From assembly GCA_019058245.1 (NCBI GenBank), contig JAHPZJ010000010.1, forward strand, positions 64,001-128,000: a DNA stretch of 64,000 bases, written 5' to 3'. The notes below the pieces were generated by a model, which was not told where the DNA came from, did no database searches, and saw nothing but the letters and a program-made list of their open reading frames with translations. Shown here piece after piece: positions 61,332 through 64,000 of this stretch; the stretch's first letter is position 1; the number at the start of each line of letters is the position of its first letter. The position numbers and the translations under genes were made by a program. The DNA comes from Promethearchaeota archaeon (lineage in GTDB: Archaea; Asgardarchaeota; Lokiarchaeia; Sigyniarchaeales; SOKP01).

Positions 61332-62415
61332 TCTTTTGGAAGAAAGAAATTCTTTAATCGAAAAAATTAATTCGATCAAGCAAGACGCTTATAGACGGAA
61401 AAATATTTACAGAAAAGAACAACTTTCACGACCAATAAGTTATTGGATAAAAAACGATAGGTTATTAAATGAAATAGGAAAGACTTTCACAATAATTTTA
61501 CGGACAAGAGGATGTAGTTGGGCATTAAGTAAGTATGGAGGATGTTCTATGTGTGGATATTATTTAGATGCCAATAACGCTGATGTACCTGTTGCTGATC
61601 TTATAGAACAATTTAATTATGCATTTGATGATAAGATTAATGAAATCAAGAAAGATACAGATAATTTTGTTTTTAAATTATTTAATTCTGGTAGTTTTTT
61701 AGATGAAAAAGAAATACCCAAAAAAGTCAGGACCTACATTTATGAAAAAATTTCAAAATTAGATAAAATTAAGGAAGTAGTTATTGAATCACGTGTGGAA
61801 TATATTACTAAAGAAAATTTAGAGGAAATTTCAGAGTATTTTGAAAAAAAGCACTTTGAAATTGCTATTGGACTTGAAACTGTAGACGATTACATTAGGA
61901 ATAATTATATAAATAAAGGGTTATTATTTAAGGATTTTAGAGATGCCTTGAAAAGATGTAAAGACATGGGCATTGGAGTGAAAGTATATTTATTGTTTAA
62001 ACCATTATTTTTAAATGAACAAGCGGCAATTGATGATTGCTCTAATTCAATACAGATATTAAAAAGTCTAGGAGTAAATTCTATTTCAATTAACCCAATG
62101 AATATTCAAAAAGGTACCCTTACAGAATATTTATGGTTTCAGAAGAGATATCGTCCACCATGGTTTTACTCCTTATTTAAATGTATTAAAAAAACCTTTG
62201 ATAAAGGAGGATTAAATAATATACGAATATTAAGTGATCCTTCGGGAGCTGGTACAAAAAGAGGAATCCATAATTGTTTAAAGAAAAAATGTGAGAATTC
62301 TGCAAAAACAAAACTTAAAAACTTTGTTTTAACACAAGATATAACTGAATTAGAACAACAAGAATATGAATGTGATTGTAAGAAAAACTATAGTTTGACA
62401 AAAGATTTTCACTAA
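61294..62415 (+). CDS. archaeosine biosynthesis radical SAM protein (RaSEA)
   Basis: ILRTRGCSW....GGCSMCGY, FNSGSFLD, IGLET, YLLFKP, YRPPW, RG.HNC; adjacent to arcS. Confidence 0.9.
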   Translation: MGELQKSMNQRNNLLEERNSLIEKINSIKQDAYRRKNIYRKEQLSRPISYWIKNDRLLNEIGKTFTIILRTRGCSWALSKYGGCSMCGYYLDANNADVPVADLIEQFNYAFDDKINEIKKDTDNFVFKLFNSGSFLDEKEIPKKVRTYIYEKISKLDKIKEVVIESRVEYITKENLEEISEYFEKKHFEIAIGLETVDDYIRNNYINKGLLFKDFRDALKRCKDMGIGVKVYLLFKPLFLNEQAAIDDCSNSIQILKSLGVNSISINPMNIQKGTLTEYLWFQKRYRPPWFYSLFKCIKKTFDKGGLNNIRILSDPSGAGTKRGIHNCLKKKCENSAKTKLKNFVLTQDITELEQQEYECDCKKNYSLTKDFH

Positions 62416-62576
62416 AAAGTTAATAATTGGTACTATATAGACTTATTAGGATATTATATTAAATTATTAAGTTATTATTAACCATTTTTGTCGAAATTCA
62501 TTTAAAAAACATTATATTTAAATATTACCTACCATCATTTACTTTAATTTTAAATTTCATCTCTCTATAAGGGTAT

Positions 62577-62834
62577 TTGTTGAAGAAGAATTGGATTAAA
62601 TTGAATTTATTCTATATTGGACAATCAACTAAGAAACATCAAATATTTAGAGCAAAGGAGTGGGATAAAAGCTTAGAAAAGATTCTAAAAAGCACAATTT
62701 ATAATGCAAAATATGAAAAAATTGGACACATTAAAGATATTTTTGGTCCAATAGAGTTTCCCTTTATATCTGTTAAAACTCTACAAACCCAATCATTTGG
62801 TTCAGATGAAAAATTCTATACTAAGATAGTTTAG
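62577..62834 (+). CDS. gar1: H/ACA RNP protein Gar1
   Basis: IG.I.DIFGP...P.ISVK; conserved position upstream of tfb. Confidence 0.85.
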   Translation: MLKKNWIKLNLFYIGQSTKKHQIFRAKEWDKSLEKILKSTIYNAKYEKIGHIKDIFGPIEFPFISVKTLQTQSFGSDEKFYTKIV

Positions 62835-62881
62835 TTTTCGTAAGAACTTCATTAATGTAAGATTATATATTTTAAAAGAAG

Positions 62882-63859
62882 GTGTCGTATATTTCTAATT
62901 GGAAAGAAGTGAAATCAGAAACAGAAGAACTCATAACTTTTGAAAATGATATATGTTCTGAATGTGGCGAAAATATATTTTTTGATGAAAACAGAGGGGT
63001 AATAGTTTGTGAAAAGTGTGGTTTAGTTCATTCAGAAAAGTATATAGATTGTGGACCAGAATGGAGAGCGTTTGATGCTGATCAGAAAAAAAAGAGAACT
63101 AGAACTGGTGCTCCAATGACATATATGATACACGATAAAGGGCTCAGTACAATGATAGATTGGAAAAATAGAGATATTTTTGGCAAAGAAATACCCGCTA
63201 AATTAAGAGGTCAAATATATAGATTGCGTAAATGGCAAAGTCGTATAAGAGTTTCTGATGCAACTGAAAGAAATCTTACATTTGCTCTAAGTGAACTTGA
63301 TAGAATGGCCTCCAATTTAGATCTTCAAAAAAATTTACGAGAATGTTCAGCCAAAATATATCGAGATGCTGTTGAAGCCCATTTAATTCGTGGTAGAAGT
63401 ATAGAGGGTGTAGCTGCTGCAAGTTTATATGCAGCTTGCAGAATGTATAAAATTCCACGAACTTTAAACGAGATTGCTGAAGTAGCTCGTGTTGATAAGA
63501 AAGAAATTGGTCGATCCTTTAGATTTATTTCAAATGAATTATCACTAGAATTAAATCCTACTAGACCTATGGATTATCTTATAAGATTTATATCAGAGTT
63601 AAAACTACCAGCAAAATGTCAAAAAACAGCGAAATTGATAATTAGAATGGCAGAAGTGCGTGGTTTAACTTCAGGAAGAGGTCCAACAGGAGTTTGTGCC
63701 GCTGCGATTTATGCTTCATGTATTTTAACCAATGAACGAAGAACTCAAAGAAAGATTGCACGAATTAGTGGTGTTACTGAAGTTACTGTGCGTAATCGGT
63801 TCAGTGAGATTGTGGAAAACCTTAATTTAGGGATATCATTAAAAAAAACACCTAAATAA
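62882..63859 (+). CDS. tfb: transcription initiation factor IIB
   Basis: Zn ribbon [43 protein letters not shown]. Confidence 0.97.
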   Translation: MSYISNWKEVKSETEELITFENDICSECGENIFFDENRGVIVCEKCGLVHSEKYIDCGPEWRAFDADQKKKRTRTGAPMTYMIHDKGLSTMIDWKNRDIFGKEIPAKLRGQIYRLRKWQSRIRVSDATERNLTFALSELDRMASNLDLQKNLRECSAKIYRDAVEAHLIRGRSIEGVAAASLYAACRMYKIPRTLNEIAEVARVDKKEIGRSFRFISNELSLELNPTRPMDYLIRFISELKLPAKCQKTAKLIIRMAEVRGLTSGRGPTGVCAAAIYASCILTNERRTQRKIARISGVTEVTVRNRFSEIVENLNLGISLKKTPK

Positions 63860-64000
63860 TTGAAAAACTCAATTCTAATTAATTTGATGGAAGAATAATT
63901 CATCATATAATAATAGTTAATCCCTATAATATCTTCATATCATAGATTTATTGTCTAATTTTACTATGGTATATACTTTTTTTGATTGGACAATGATATT

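Noticed and set aside
831-63458. Numerous short antisense or overlapping ORFs (e.g. 831..1124, 37284..37700, 46611..47030, 55314..55796)
   Set aside because: Shadows of well-supported genes, with no motifs of their own.

Overview
Very AT-rich archaeal chromosomal DNA, most likely Asgard archaea (Lokiarchaeia). This is inferred from the archaeal informational genes (rps19e-PDCD5-rpl39e-rpl31e-eIF6-rplX-prefoldin-ftsY-secE, dnaG, nep1, rnp4, gar1, tfb, arcS/RaSEA) together with longin-like, roadblock, small GTPase and SCP2 proteins. It holds about 65 CDSs and four tRNAs; I saw no CRISPR array or transposase. Main finding: the S-adenosylhomocysteine hydrolase gene ahcY (56703..58003, minus) is interrupted by a 32-nt insert (57063..57094) that folds into a bulge-helix-bulge (BHB) motif. 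Cleavage at the canonical BHB positions exactly restores a 422-aa ORF and the GHFDxEI motif, so this looks like a tRNA-type intron in a metabolic mRNA. tRNA-Asp and tRNA-Phe each carry two short introns of the same architecture at non-canonical positions. Other points: an SMC5/6-like + kleisin + Nse1-like operon led by a degenerate AAA+ protein; a decayed second copy of the ahcY 3' end bracketing an MFS gene; an AlkD gene without a normal start, coupled to a radical SAM gene; and both ThyX and ThyA. All calls come from reading motifs by eye; no searches were run.
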